Source of the DNA: Chiloscyllium plagiosum | Taxonomy: Eukaryota | Length of the DNA: 62,000 nt | Reading direction: 5' to 3' | Assembly (NCBI RefSeq): GCF_004010195.1 | Contig: NC_057719.1 | Location: 51,714,920-51,776,919, forward strand | Part shown: positions 25,954-39,359 of the stretch, piece after piece | Layout: every line of letters begins with the position of its first letter | How positions within the stretch are numbered: position 1 is the stretch's first letter | Made by a program: the position numbers and the translations under genes | Notes under the pieces: model-generated | Told to the model about the DNA's origin: nothing | Seen by the model: only the letters and a program-made list of their open reading frames with translations | The model's database searches: none

Positions 25954-26652
25954 TGTTATGACACAGGGTGAACCCCTATTCTAATTTAAACCAGCCACGC
26001 AGACAAGATTCACCTCCTGCTGTAACCTGTTAAAATTTGAGAGGCAAAGAACTATCCCAGAAGTCACTAAAGTAAAAATTAACAACTTTATTCTTTAAGT
26101 CCAACAGAGGATATTAAAACAAACAACTCTTTCCAACTCCTTTCTCTTAAACCTATCTTCTACGTCCCACTCTACAATACTAGTCTGATTAAAAATTCCC
26201 GATTAAGATTTACAAAAGAAAAACAATATTTTAAAACCAGTTTCCTCTGCCGAGTCTCTCTCCAGGTTGGCCTCTGTTCTGCTGCACAAACTCCTCACAG
26301 CCAGGTACCTTTCAGAGTTTATCAGCTTGCAGTCTACATTTTTTGGTCTTTCACAGTTCTCCCCCACCTGTTCAAAATGTCCAGTTTTATACCCCAAAAC
26401 ATTGGATTGTTTCATTGGGTTTTAATAGTATCAAAATACTAAATTCAAATTTGATTGGATTTTGGTATTTTGGGGCATAATTTAAACTGGCCAAATTTGA
26501 ATTTGTTTTTGATTCATGGCAGCCCAGATGCTGCTATTTGTTTCAACCAAGTGTTACATTGTTACCATGTTCAGGACTCTGTGCTTTGTCAGTTCTTGCT
26601 AGCATTTCAACTCTCTCTTAAAGGTACAGTAAACCTCTACACCTTCATAACA
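25954..26652 (-). mobile_element. Solo LTR (699 bp), antisense in the last DAAM1 intron
   Basis: TGTTATGA...TCATAACA inverted termini. The minus strand has CCAAT boxes (about 26401-26458), TATAAAA (about 26385-26391) and AATAAA (about 26087-26092) in LTR order. TSD imperfect (tttac/cttag). Confidence 0.7.
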
Positions 26653-27029
26653 CTTAGGATGCTGCAAAATACTTTAAAGCCACTGTAGGAATATCGGAAA
26701 CAAACTTTAGCTCACAAATAACAGTATAGTTATGACCAAATTCTGTTTGTGAGATGTGGACTAAATGATAAATATTGGTTTTTACACTTCTGCAATTTTC
26801 TTCAAGAAGGTTCCACAATACTATTTCAAACAGTACTGTTAAATTGATAGTTATCAGACTTCAGTGCTTTGAAAATAATCTTTTCATAGAGACTACGCAT
26901 AGAGCTTTTGAGTGTTTGTTCTTTCCTATCTTATTGTTCATGAAGTATGAAGCTTTAGGTTAGGATATACCAGATATTTAAGTACAAAAGATTGTTTGTA
27001 CTGTCGGAGCACAGCAACTCTATTGGTGA

Positions 27030-28930
27030 TTAGACCATAAGATGTAGGAGCAGAAGTAGGGCATTCAGCCCATCAAGTCTACTCTGCCATTCAATGAGAT
27101 CACAGCTGGTGTGATAATCCTCCACTCCACCTTCCTGCCTTCTCCATAATCCTTCATTCTCTTTATTGATTCTTCTTCCTGTGTGTCTATTTCTTGTTTC
27201 TTACTGTTACTCATTACCAGTTTTATATATCTTTTTTTTTGTTTGCTGTGGCCTTAAGGCTGTTGCCTTGTACGTAAATTACTTCATTAAAAAAAATCAT
27301 TTGCTGTGTAATATTCATAAGATTACTAGAAATAGGAGCTGGTTAGGTCATTTGGTACATCAGGCTTTCTCTACCATTCAAGAAGGTTATGACTAATCTG
27401 CTTATGGTCTGTCTATCCACCAGAACACTTGAATCCAATATAAATAAAAATTCCATCCAATTCAGCCTTGAATATATGCAATGACCCAATCTTCACTGCT
27501 GTCTATGAAAGAGAATTTCAAAAATTAACAACCCTCTGAAAAGAAGTTGCTCCTGCTATCTTTCTTAGCTGGAAGATCTGGTTTTTTAAACAAGGCCTCC
27601 CTATTTGTAGGCTCCCACACAAGAGAAAACATTTCTTGCCTTCTATCCCGTCACATCCTTTCAGAATTTTGCATTTCATTAGGATCACTTTTCTCTTTTT
27701 TTTAATCCTCAAGGACGCCTCAATTGAGGAGACCAAAGTTGTACTGAAGCTCTCGGTATATTCTCACCAATGCTTTACAATGGTAGCAAAAGTTCCTATA
27801 AAAGTTAAGTCCTACAGAGGCTAGAAATCTGAAATAAAAGCAAAGTGCTGGAGAAAAGTCTAGCAGCATCTGTGGGGAGAGAAACAGTTAATGTATCAAG
27901 TCCAACATGACTCGTCTTCATTGAAGCTCTTTCTACAGCATTTTGCTTTTATAGGAAGACCACATGCCTTTCATGCTCCATCTCCCTTGTGATAAAGGGC
28001 ACCATTCAATTTTCTTTCCTAATTGCTTGCTTTACCTGCATGTTAACCTTTTGTGATTTATGCATATCAATACATTATTCCTCCAGACTGCAGTATCCCA
28101 CAGTTTCTTTGTACTTAAATAATATTCTGCTTTTCTATTCTTTCTACCAAACTTGACAAGTTTACATTGTCCTATATTATACTGCACATTCCAAATTATT
28201 TTGCACTCAGCTAACCTATCTACATTCTGACTTTGTATTCTTGTCACAACTCGCTTTCCTACCTTGTCATCAACAAGTTTGCTGACAATATTGTGAAACA
28301 TTTCATCAGTTAATATAGATTGTGAATTGTTTAGGCATCAGCGCTGGTCCCTGTAACATTACAATAGTTAGAGATTGTCAACCTGGATATGATCCATTTA
28401 TCCTGATTCGCTAGCTAACAGGAAGCAGTCCTCAGTCCATGCTAATATATCATCTGAATATGATGAACTTTTGTGCAATAATTTTATGTAGTATCTTTTT
28501 AGTATTTGGATTTTACAATAGACCTATTAAATGGTTTTCGTTAGCCACTTGCTTGTTACATCCTCAAAGAACTCTCAAACATTTCAAACGGAATTTTTCT
28601 TTCAAAAAACCCTGTTGTCTCTGCCCAATTGTATTATGATTTTCTAAATATCCTGCTAATACTACTTTGGATTCTAGTATTTTATTAATGAGAGACGTTA
28701 GACTAACTTACCTTATAGTATTTTGCTTTCTGTCTCCTGATCTTGAATAACGGTTTTACATTTATGGTTTTCCAGTCAACGGCAGCCTTTCCAGACTCTG
28801 GGTTGAATTTTAGTACATTACAATCACTCTCTCTGCAGCTACTTCCTATAAGAACCTAGATTGCAGGCAGTTGCATCCAGGGATCTTAACAGCCTTTAGT
28901 CCCATTCATTTTCTTACTGCTATTTCTGTA
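27030..28930 (-). mobile_element. Cluster of degraded CR1 fragments with a Penelope-terminus repeat inserted (27820-27950)
   Basis: Antisense CR1 tails (gtaggagcagaagtagggcattcagcccatcaagtct) and RT relic IVSKLVDDKVGK...WNVQYNIGQCKLVKFGRKN. Confidence 0.7.
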
Positions 28931-29949
28931 GTGATTGTGATTGTTTGTTTTTTTTACCTTATGTTTTTGTTCCATTGTAATCTTCTTAATATGAGAGTCC
29001 TTTAGACTAGTGAAATCTACTAGAATACTACAAAAGGATGCTTAATTATTGTTATCAGCATTAACAGATTGGTTGAATAGATGTGCAAGAAATGCTCCTT
29101 CCAGTTGAAACTTGCTTTTCTAAAATGTTGGTTAGAATATTTGTATGAGGGCACTTACTGACAGCAGGTACAATACATTCATCGGCATAGGAGTGGTTGA
29201 TTTAACCCTTTGAGCCTGTTCTACCATTTATTGAGTTCGTTGCTGATCTGTGACCTAACTTCACATCATTGCCTTTATCTCATATTTCTTAATGCTTTCT
29301 GATAGCAATAATCTATTCATCTCTGATTGTAAAATTGACAATTGAACTAACATCTGTGATATTTACAAAAGACTTTCCAAGCTTCTTTTCTACCCTTTCA
29401 CAAGGTGTTTATTAATTTCACTCCTGTTAGTGGCAGCATAGTTGTGGAAAAAGTCATTTAAAAATAATGAAGCAAGCTCCATTTGTTGCTTTACAGCCAG
29501 ACATTTGCAGTGCAGATTTTTGAGTGCAGAATGTATAGCTCTGATGTGAAACTCATCTTTATTTAATGGAACAAAGGAGGCTCGGTGTTGGACAAGTGGA
29601 TTTTGTAGCTGGGAGTCATTTTGATTCCTGGATGTTTACATGAAATTAATCATTCAATTGCAATATTAGTAGCTATGGATTATATTACACCCCACTGGGA
29701 TTGCATGCTGTAAATTGAGCCCCGCTGTTTGTGAAGTTATAGCAAATGTTAGTTATTTTATTGAGCACACGGCTACCCCAATTTACTTGACTTGCAGACC
29801 AATATTGACCAAAAGCACTGACCAGGTTTCTGTACTGAACAAAAATTTATTGTGAAATAATTAGACAGCTACAGGTAAACTGATATAAACCATCTGCATA
29901 TAATACTACTAACTAAAACTCTAATGTCTTTATAAACTCTCCCTTGCAC

Positions 29950-30310
29950 ATATAAAATTATGAAAGGGATAGATAAGATAGAGGCAAGTTGTTTCTGCTG
30001 GTGGGTAAGACTAAGGTTAGGGGACATAGCCTCAAGATTTTCGGGGAGTAGAATTGAGATGAAGAGGAACTGCTTTTCCCAGACAGTGGTGAATCTGTGG
30101 CATAGTCTACCCAAGGAAGCAGTAGATGCAGCTTCATTAAATATATTCAAGACACTATTGGATGGGTTTTTGCATGGTAAGGGAATTAAGGGTTATGGTG
30201 ATGATGCAGGTAGGAGGAGCTAAGATGATAGATCAGCCAAGATCTGAATGAAGGGTGGAACAGGCTCGATGGGCCAAATGGCTGCCGCCTTCTATTATTG
30301 TGATACTATG
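29950..30310 (+). mobile_element. CR1-clade LINE 3' end
   Basis: YKIMKGIDKI...MKRNCFSQTVVNLWHSLPKEAVDAASLNIFKTLLDGFL plus tail. Confidence 0.88.
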
Positions 30311-30765
30311 CTGAAAGCATGCACACACACGTGCATGTGCTCATAAACAAACCTGTCAGCAAAATAGATTATTGGCGGATGCAGAAAGATCTGGAAAGTC
30401 AGTTCAGTGGTTGTGCTTCCCAATTCCAGTGTTGACATGATCCTTCTTCCACTAGCTATGCCCTCGTGTTCAGTTGTCTTTCTCTGGAAGCATACACCAA
30501 TTTTGTAAGTTTATTTTCCTCATACCACAATGTTATAGACGTGGTTCTTACAATGTGTGTTAGTTGCTCATTTTGTCATTGTGATTTGCATCAATAACAT
30601 TTTCCCTACAATAGGATAAATAATGACTATTTATAAAGACCTTTTACAAATTGTCTCGGTATTACGTCCCTCTTGAGGGGTGAGTTATCAATGTCTAAGC
30701 ATGAAACGGCCTTTGTTTTTCTTCATTTGTAACAATTTTGTTTTTACAAATTATTTTTCTTTTAG

Positions 30766-30969
30766 CTTAAGGAGCAACGTGAAAGAGAGCGCAAAGCAAA
30801 AAAGGCAAAAGAAGGCAGTGAAGAGGGAGGAGAATTTGATGACCTGGTGTCAGCTCTACGTTCAGGAGAAGTCTTCGATAAAGATTTCAAGCTAAAGCGC
30901 AATCGCAAGCGTGTCATCAGCCAAGTAGATGGTAGTCGAGAACGACCAATTACAAAGCTCAACTATTAA
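30766..30969 (+). CDS. DAAM1: DAAM1 terminal coding exon (diaphanous autoregulatory domain, stop)
   Basis: ttcttttag| acceptor; [67 protein letters not shown] then TAA. DAD core [14 protein letters not shown] plus basic patch. Confidence 0.97.
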   Translation, partial: LKEQRERERKAKKAKEGSEEGGEFDDLVSALRSGEVFDKDFKLKRNRKRVISQVDGSRERPITKLNY

Positions 30970-32940
30970 GCCATTGCCTGTAGTGCAGATTCATGGCTGT
31001 ATAGCAGCCAGCTTGCGTGTTACTGTCCTGTTGTGATTACACTGATAATACTGCCGATTGGCCCTATAAATGGCTGCTGTTCTTCTTAGTGGGGACGCCC
31101 TGTCCCTCTTTGTAGCTGGGTTTTGCATGCACCACACTTAATAAAAGAGAACTTTGTTTATGTGGTGCTGAAGCACATAAAACATTTGAACATTTCTAGG
31201 GTTCACTGAGCAAAACTTTGTTTTCATGATTTCATAAAAACATGCTCTTCTACAAATTTTCTGCTGCATAAGCATTCCATCCAAACTAAATGAAAGATTA
31301 AGCAACCTAATGGATTAAAGATGGTGCTGACACAATTAGATTTATGGAGTTGATGATTACTTGGATTTGAACCTGAAGCTGGAGTATGCTGGAAAGACCA
31401 TGCAGACTTAAATAAGTGAAACATAAAAGCAACAATTGAAATGTGTAATGCTGAAGACCTGCAAACATCTGTGGCTTTTGACCTGGTTCCAAGGAATTGA
31501 GTAATTTCCCTTGATCATTTTTTTTTTAAAAACAATTCTTAGTTGGGAATTTTTTTATTTTTAAAATTGTTTACTCAACTATTTTCTGACTGAAAATGAG
31601 TATGATCATGGGAATATGTTTATAGTATGTTGGTGATATCCAGATTTCCTTTGCTTTTATAAAAACATTCCATAATTAATGGGGATGATAATGAGGGTTC
31701 TCTGAAGGGGCAATGTAATGTTGAACCTCTTTTCTTGCTGCTGGCAGCTCTACAGCAGGACCATAGCCAGACACACAATATAATTGAAATGGTTCTTGTC
31801 AGCAATATTGGTTTGGGGGATTATGGGGAAAAGTAAGAATTTGTTTAAAGGAAGAAAATAACCGCTTGAAACTTGAATTCAAAAATGACTTTAGTAACCT
31901 CGTATCTAATTATAACGCAATTGCAGAATGAAAATGGTTATTGTAAAAAGGACAGTGTGAATAATTTCAGGAGAATCAAACTCTACAGCCTATTTATATT
32001 TGGACATATTTGGGAAGAGGTGTCAAGACATTATAAGTATTCAAGTACTGTAACAAATTATTCAAATTTTGTAGCCGAATCATAAGGCATTAATTTGGTA
32101 GCAACTAATGGAAGAGCCTTTCCATTCACTTGTGTGGTGAATTTATCCCTTAACCAAAGTGCCTGAAAACAGGTTTGTGTTTATGAATAGGGCTCGCTTT
32201 CGTAAAGTTTTGTGATTCAGGATTTAATGTTTTGTTTTAAAACTGTGTGAACACTGTGCTGTTTAAACTATTGGCTAGGGGAAATAAGTGTTCTGATTTG
32301 GTCCTGTAAAGAGTGAGAACACTATAAAAGCTTAGGTCTGAGTGTGCGCGTGTGTGTGTTTGTCAATGTATACATGTGTGTCCACGTAAGTGTACACCCT
32401 GTATTTCCTTATGGACTTCAAAATGCCCATTTTGCTTTCCTTTCCAAAGTGGAAATGTGAAAGCAATTCCCTGTGCCACTATTAAAAAGTATTTTAGACT
32501 GGTGCTGGTTCCGGTAGAAGCTCACTGCTTTCTTGGGTTTATTTGACAACCTTTTTTTTTAAAATGCCAAAAATGGTTAAAATATTTGTAAACAAGAATG
32601 TACACAAAGGATCTCATTTGTTGTTAATTTAGTGGGATGTCATTATAACATGATCAATCACAAATGCCGTGTACGTTTTTGACTTGTTAGTTCCGAATGG
32701 TAAAATGCAATAAAGAAAAGTAGTTGACACAAATATTTTGTGTATCCTATCAGAAGGCAGTGAATATTTGTAAAAGCTAATAATTCTACCAAGTGCACCA
32801 GACAGTAAATATTTTTCAGTTGCCATTTATGGAAAATGGCATTTTTTTTTAAAAAAACACAAACATAGTTTCATGCTTCTATACACTGTATTCATTATTT
32901 CTATTCAACTGTGGATTAAAAAGACCATTGAAGGTAATGT
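30970..32940 (+). other. DAAM1: Probable DAAM1 3' UTR with candidate poly(A) signals
   Basis: AT-rich stretch after the stop with no repeat that I recognise; AATAAA at 31140-31145 and 32709-32714, ATTAAA at 32915-32920. The true 3' end cannot be fixed from sequence alone. Confidence 0.55.
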
Positions 32941-33367
32941 TATAACTGTAAAGAAATAGTGCATTAGGGATACCGATCTTGTATACAGAAATTACATTTA
33001 CTTTTGTATTTTAAAAGCATTTCAATTTTTCAGAAGACTGAAATCAGAATTTCAAGAAAAAATGTCATCTTGAGGTTTTGCACAGTGCAGTCACCTAATG
33101 TTGACCAGCGGACCTCAATTATTGAAAAGTTTCTCTCCAGTAAATCACCTAGCACTCTTGGGGCATTTTAATATTGCTTACAAACTTCTATCAAAAACTG
33201 TTCTTCAATGAATTAATGGTTTTGGGAACTAATATCCATGTATATGTGTGTAAAGTGAAGTTAAAGATATTGTTATATATTTAATTGAATCTTGATCCTA
33301 CTTTTAAAAAAGTGCATCATTATATTTGTGCACACAAATGCACATAACTACATCTAATGCAGTAAAC

Positions 33368-33703
33368 GGGAAAGACCTATATAGCAGCATTCATATCCTC
33401 AATGTCCTAAAGTTGTTTACAGCTCAGGAAGCATTTGTGAAATATAGTTACTGTTATAATCTAGGAATCACTGAGGGAATTCCCACAAATTATGTAAAAA
33501 TCGTTGATCATTTGTGTTGATTGAGGGACAAATATTGATAGATACAGTATAATGGGTATAACACCTTTGTTCCTTTTCAACAAAGTGCCTTGGTATCATT
33601 TGTATTCAAGTGATCAAAAAGGTCTTTAACTTAATTCACCTGAAAGATGACACCATTGACAGTGCACCACTTTCTGTACTCTATTGGAGTAACAGCATAG
33701 ACT
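33368..33703 (-). mobile_element. DeuSINE (SacSINE1/AmnSINE-like) body and tail
   Basis: Reverse complement has ctccaatagagtacagaaagtggtgcactgtcaatggtgtcatctttcaggtga, ggcacttt, aatatttgtccctcaatcaac and a tail ctgtaaacaactttaggacattgagg..gctatatag, resembling the Deu-domain SINE as recalled. Confidence 0.65.
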
Positions 33704-36525
33704 TCTAGAACATAGAACATTACAATGTAATACATACTCTTCGGCCCTCGATGTATCAGCGACCTGAGAAATTAATCTGAAGCCTGTCTAACCTACACTA
33801 TTCCATTCTTGTCCATATGCCTATCCAATGATCATTTAAATGCCCTTAAAGTTGCGAGTTTACTGCTGTTGCAGGCAGTGTGTTCCATGCCCCTACTACT
33901 GAGTAAAGAAACTACCTCTGACACCATCCTATATCTATCACCCCTCAGTTTAAAGCTATGTCCTCTCATGCTAGCCACCGCCATCCGAGGATGACAGCGA
34001 GAGCCTTTTTTCCTATCTAACCCTCTGATTATCTTTATGTCTCAATTAAGTCACCTCTCGATCTCCTCCTCTCCAACAAAAACAGCCTCAAGTCCCTCAG
34101 CCTTTCCTCATAAGACCTTCCCTCAATACCAGGCAACACCCTAGTAAATCTCCTCTGTACCCTTTCCAAAGCTTCCATATCCTTCCTATAATGCGGTGAC
34201 CAGAACTGTACACAATAGTCCAAATGTGGCTGCCCCAGAGTTTTGTACAGCTGCAGCATTACCCCTTGGTAGAGGGATTGGTTCCAAAACTCAATCCCTC
34301 TACCAATAAAAATGAACACACTGTATGCCGCCTTAACAACCCGATCAACGTGGGTGGCCACTTTCAAGGTTCTGTGTACCAGGACACCCAGATCTCTCTG
34401 CTCGTTTACACTACCAAGAAGCTTACCATTAGCTCAGTACTCTGCATTCCTGTTACTCCTATCTCTTTTCCAACACTTTACCCACAACTGAAGTAAGGCT
34501 CACAGGTCTATAATTTCCTGAGTTGTCTCTACTCCCCTTCTTGAACAAGGGAACAACATTTGCTATCATCCAGTCTCCTGGCACTATTCCTGTAGATAAT
34601 GACAACATCAAGATCAAAGACTCTGCAATCTCCTCCCTGGCTTCCCAGAGAATCCTAGGATAAATCCCATCTGGCCCAGGGGACTTACCTATTTTTAAAC
34701 TTTCCAGAATTGCTAACACCTCAATCCTATCTAGTCTAGTAGCCTGTATGTCAATATTCTCCTTGACCCCATTGTCTTTTGCGAGTGTGAATACTGACGA
34801 AAAGTATTCAGTTAGCGCTTCCTCATCTCCTCTGACTGCGCGCACAACTTACCACTACTATGTTTGATTGGCCTTGGTTTTACTCTAGTGATTCTTTTTT
34901 ATTCCTGATATAGCTATAGAAGGTATTTAGGGTTTTCCTTGATCCTATCTGCCAATGACTTCTCATGTCCCATCCTTGCTCTTAGCTCTCTCTTTAGGTC
35001 TTTCCTGGCTAGATTGTAACTCTCAAGCGCCCTAACTGAGCCATCACATCTCATCCTAACTTAAGCTGCCACCTTCCTTTTGACAAGAGATCCAACTTCC
35101 TTAGTAAACCACAGCTCCTGCGCTCGACCACTTCTTCCCTACCTAACCGGTACATACTTATAAAGGACACACAGTAGCTGGTCCTTGAATAAGCTCCATG
35201 TTTCTATTGTGCCAATCCCCTGCAGTTTCCTTTCCCATCCTAGGCAATCTAAATCTTGCTTAATTGCACTTCCTTTCCCCCCAGCCATAACTCTTGCCCT
35301 GCGGTATATACCTATCCCTTTCCATTACTAAAGTAAACATAACCTAATTGTGGTCACTATCACCAAAGTGCTCACCTACCCCCAAATCTAACACCTGGCC
35401 GGTTTCATTACCCAGTACCAAATCTAATTTGGCCTCGTCCCTTGTTGCCCTGTCTACATACTGTCAGGGAACCCTCCTGCACACATTGGACCAAAATGAC
35501 CCATCAAAGTACTTGAACTATAGTATTCGCAATCAATATTGGGGAAGTTAAAGTCCCCCATAACAACTACTCTCTCTACTATTGAGGATCATCTTTGCTA
35601 TCCTTTCCTCTATATCTCGAACTATTTGGAGGCCTATAGAAAATTCCCAACAGGGTAGCCTCACCTTTCCTGTTTCTAATCTCAGCCCATACTACCTCAG
35701 TAGACGAGTCCTCGAACGTCCTTTCTGCAACCATAATACTGTCCTTGACTAACAGTGCCACACCTCTCCCTCTTTTACCATTTTCTCTGATCTTACTGAA
35801 ACATCTAAATCCCAGAACCTGCAATAACCATTCCTGTCCTTGCTCTACTCATGTCTCTGAAATGGCCTCCACATCGAAATCCCAGGTACCAACCCATGCT
35901 GCAAGTTCATCCACCTTATTCTGGACCTTCCTGGTGTTGAAGTAGACACACTTCAAACCAACCTCTTGCCTGCCAGTACCTTCTTGTGACCTTGAAATCT
36001 TAGTTCTGACTTCACTGCTCTCAGCCTTCTGTATATTTGAACTACAAATTTGGTTCCTGTTCCTCCTGCGAAATTAATTTAAACCCAACCAAAGAGCTTT
36101 AGCAACTCCCCCCACCCCAGGATATCGGTGTCCCTCTGGTTCAGGTGAAGACCATCCTGTTTGTAGAGGTCCCATCTATCCAAGTAAGAGCCCCAATTAT
36201 CCAGGAATCCAAAACCCTCCTACCTCCACCATCCCTGTAGCCACGTGTTCAACTCTTCTGTCTCTCTGTCTTGACACATAGAATTTTTGTTTTTGGTTAG
36301 ATGAGGATGACAGGTGCGGGACGCTACCTGAGTAGTGTTTTGGGTAAAGCAATCGCCCATATATAATTAGCCTCACTTACCTAGTAGTCCTCTGTCTGCT
36401 CCTGCTCAGTATGCGCTCCACCTTTACACGAGGTAAACTGTTACATCTTTTAAAATTTACCTTCCCGTCAGCCCTCTGGTCCTCGTTATCGCTCCATCCA
36501 CTCCAACTGTTGCTGAAAAACGTGA
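33704..36525 (-). mobile_element. CR1-clade LINE: 5' UTR relic, ORF1 tail, degraded ORF2, (tagaaca)n tail
   Basis: Peptides LLGIFYRPPNSS, GKSPGPDGIYPRILWEAREEIAE...NVVPLFKKGSRDNSGNYRPVSLTSVVGKVLE and LYKTL..PHLDYCVQFWSPHYRKD. The central RT core appears deleted near 34460. Confidence 0.92.
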
Positions 36526-36527
36526 AG

Positions 36528-36612
36528 CAATGTGCTCAAGTTTCTGAAGTGGGTCTTGAACCTACAAGTTACTGGCTCAGATGTGTGTGCAACCTACTGA
36601 GCTATGGCTGAC
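36528..36612 (-). mobile_element. tRNA-derived head of the DeuSINE split by the CR1 insertion
   Basis: Reverse complement gtcagccatagctcagtagg..ctgagccag..taggttcaagacccacttcagaaacttgagcaca (A and B boxes). Confidence 0.65.
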
Positions 36613-36774
36613 ATTATGTCTGTCTATAATTGTGTAGAAACACAGGTATTAATTAATTGGAAATAGTCACAAGTACCTCTTTAAGGCATCAAGAAAACTG
36701 TGCTGGGAATGTTTTTCATTGGAATTTAATTGCATAATTCCTTTTAACAAACTTCATATGTTGAATGGCAGGTT

Positions 36775-36955
36775 GTGTGCTACAGTTACAGGAACCTCTG
36801 TCCTAATCCTTTTCTGCACTTGTGGAGAGACACAAACAATGCTGCACATTACCAAGGATTGGCCCCTCAACAGACTAAGTGGCAGACTCATCACCTCAAA
36901 CTCAGCAAATGAGGAGATGCTTGTTTGGTTTCAGGGATTTACATTTGTTAAATAA
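36775..36955 (+). mobile_element. LINE C-terminal zinc-knuckle relic (Ingi/Vingi-like)
   Basis: FCTCGETQTMLHITKDWPLNRLSGRL..SANEEMLVW resembles the CxCG..QT..HI...CP terminus. Confidence 0.45.
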
Positions 36956-39359
36956 GTAAACTTGTGTAATTTTGCTTTTTGGAAACATTTTTGTTGGAAT
37001 CCTTGACTGTTGTTGATTTGTTATTCAGGTTGAAATAGTTTGATTTATTTAAAGCATCATAGGACTTGAAGGTAATTTGGTAAACATACAACTCCCTCAA
37101 TTTTATTTTGTCTATGAAGTGTGACACTTTGAGAAGTTTCAGGGATATGATTTTAATTTATGCAGAAGTAAGGATAAACTAAATATTAAGCTAATCTTTT
37201 CTTGAATAATGAACCACTGGAATGTGTTCACTGGCTTCTGCAGTACTACTGCTCTTCAGTTCTCTGTGGGTAAACAGTTAATCTATGTGGCCAATAAGAT
37301 CTCTTGGGGCAGAATTTTCCCAGCCCTTGAGCAGCATGGGGAATGCTGAAAAACATGGAAAATACAGTATAACTAAAAAATTTTGAATCTTAACACACAT
37401 TCAAATTTTCCCCCTTAAGGTTTCAATTATAAGTTGGAAATCCACTGATAAACAATAATATACCTTTTATTTCCATATATTTGCATCTCATTATCTAATC
37501 TCATCTCATTTCTGTGTGGTTTGTGATTCTCTCTTCCTGTCTCAAAACTAGACAGTGATGATTCCTGACTTGAAAGCCAAAGTGATTACTTAGTGGATAG
37601 AGCTCACCACTTGCTTCTGAATGTCTTTGTTTTAAGGTCCATTCACCAACATTTCATTGCATGCTATTTGAACAATGCCTGTCTCCTCCCTGTTTATGGA
37701 AGTTGACCTCAAAAACAGTAACCTCATCATATCATATTGCATAATATATTTCACCCTTTCACTCTGAAGCTCGTGATAACCTTACCTTTCAAGGCTGCAG
37801 GTTTTGGAGCCACCCATCTCATGCAACAGCATGGAATGCATCTTAGGTTCTCGCTTGTTTTCTTAATACTCGCTCAATTTGCAAATCTCAGCATCTCATT
37901 GTATTGGCCTTTAGTATGCAGGTAGGAAGCTTGTCATGCTTGGCAGCACCAAACAGTTAGTTGGCTGGACAGGTTTCTCTGCAACACTGTGCTACATCAA
38001 TGTCACACTGACAAAATTATGGCAGCAGCACACATAGTAATAATACTGCATGTGCTTCAATCAAATGGTCATTTGTCAGAGTCAGAGGGGCCCAACATAA
38101 TGTGATCAAGAGGACTGAGGTGAGTTTGGGGTATAATCAATCAGTAAAGGGGCTTTCCTAGGGGCTTGGTCATGGTCAGTCTGAGGATCATTGTCTCTGC
38201 TGCCTGGTGATTGGGAAATGTTTAGACCTGCAAGTCAAGTCCAATCAGTCCAGGGTTTACAAGTATGTTTCTCTCAAAAATGAATCGTTGGAGAAACTCA
38301 ACAGGTCTGGCAGCATCTATGGAGAGAAGGCATTTAATGATTTGAGTCCAGTTAACATTCTTGAGTTCAGAAGAGCTGTGGAGATACCACTGTAGGCACA
38401 GGATTGTGTACAGTTGAGTGTTCTCAATTCCATCAGGGGAATTGGCTAATCCATTTGGGTAATAATGGTCAGGAGTCTTATCAGGGTCAGTCCATTATGG
38501 GTTAGAGAAAGTGGGAATCTCTCAAGCTGGTGCTATTGTTTGTGTAAGGTATATGCAAGGAGAGTACCAACATTGTCTAGACAATATACTGTAACCTAAA
38601 TGCACATGTCAGAATGAAGCTTTTTGGATATGTTGTTTTTGGAATATTTAAAACAAAATGTACCTTAGTTGGCTAAAAAAACTCCAAATTTGAAAATACA
38701 GCATTGAAATCATTTGACAATTGTTTTAGCCGCAATTATAAAGATGCATTTAGTCTGAAATCAATATTTCAAACAGAATTAATTTGGCAATGCACTTTTC
38801 CACAATGAGTTCTGAAATCTGAGGAGTTGACCAAACATTGCACTTTTATTTTCAATTTTCAATTGTTCTTTGAGTGATGTAAAGAGATTACAGCTCAAAT
38901 ATAAGATGCATGCCCTTTCTTGAATGTTAGTTCCCTTTGATGTGAACTTCACTTCCTATTTTCTGCATAAGCATTTTTGTACAATCATTAACTGGTCACC
39001 ACTATTACTTTAGTCCCAGACTTTACTAACTTCATACCAAGATTTTCATTCGAACTGTTAATGTAGCAAAGTTGATCATTGCTGAACTATACAACTAAAC
39101 CCTTTGCTGTTTCAGTTTTCAACATCTAGTTTCAGATGTTTTATTTTGGTATATCTAAATTGAGTCTTAGTCATAATTTTTAAAGAAGTTAGTTTACCTC
39201 CAAGCATCTCTACGTTGTTCACTTTAACTTGTGTGTGCACCAGATGAAGGGTGTGTTCTGTGCCCTCCCAAATAAACTATCTGTTTTAGCTTGTCACAAG
39301 CCAGAGTCATCTTTGAGTCAGTAACGATGTTTAATGTATTTTGGGATGCTTTGAAAACC

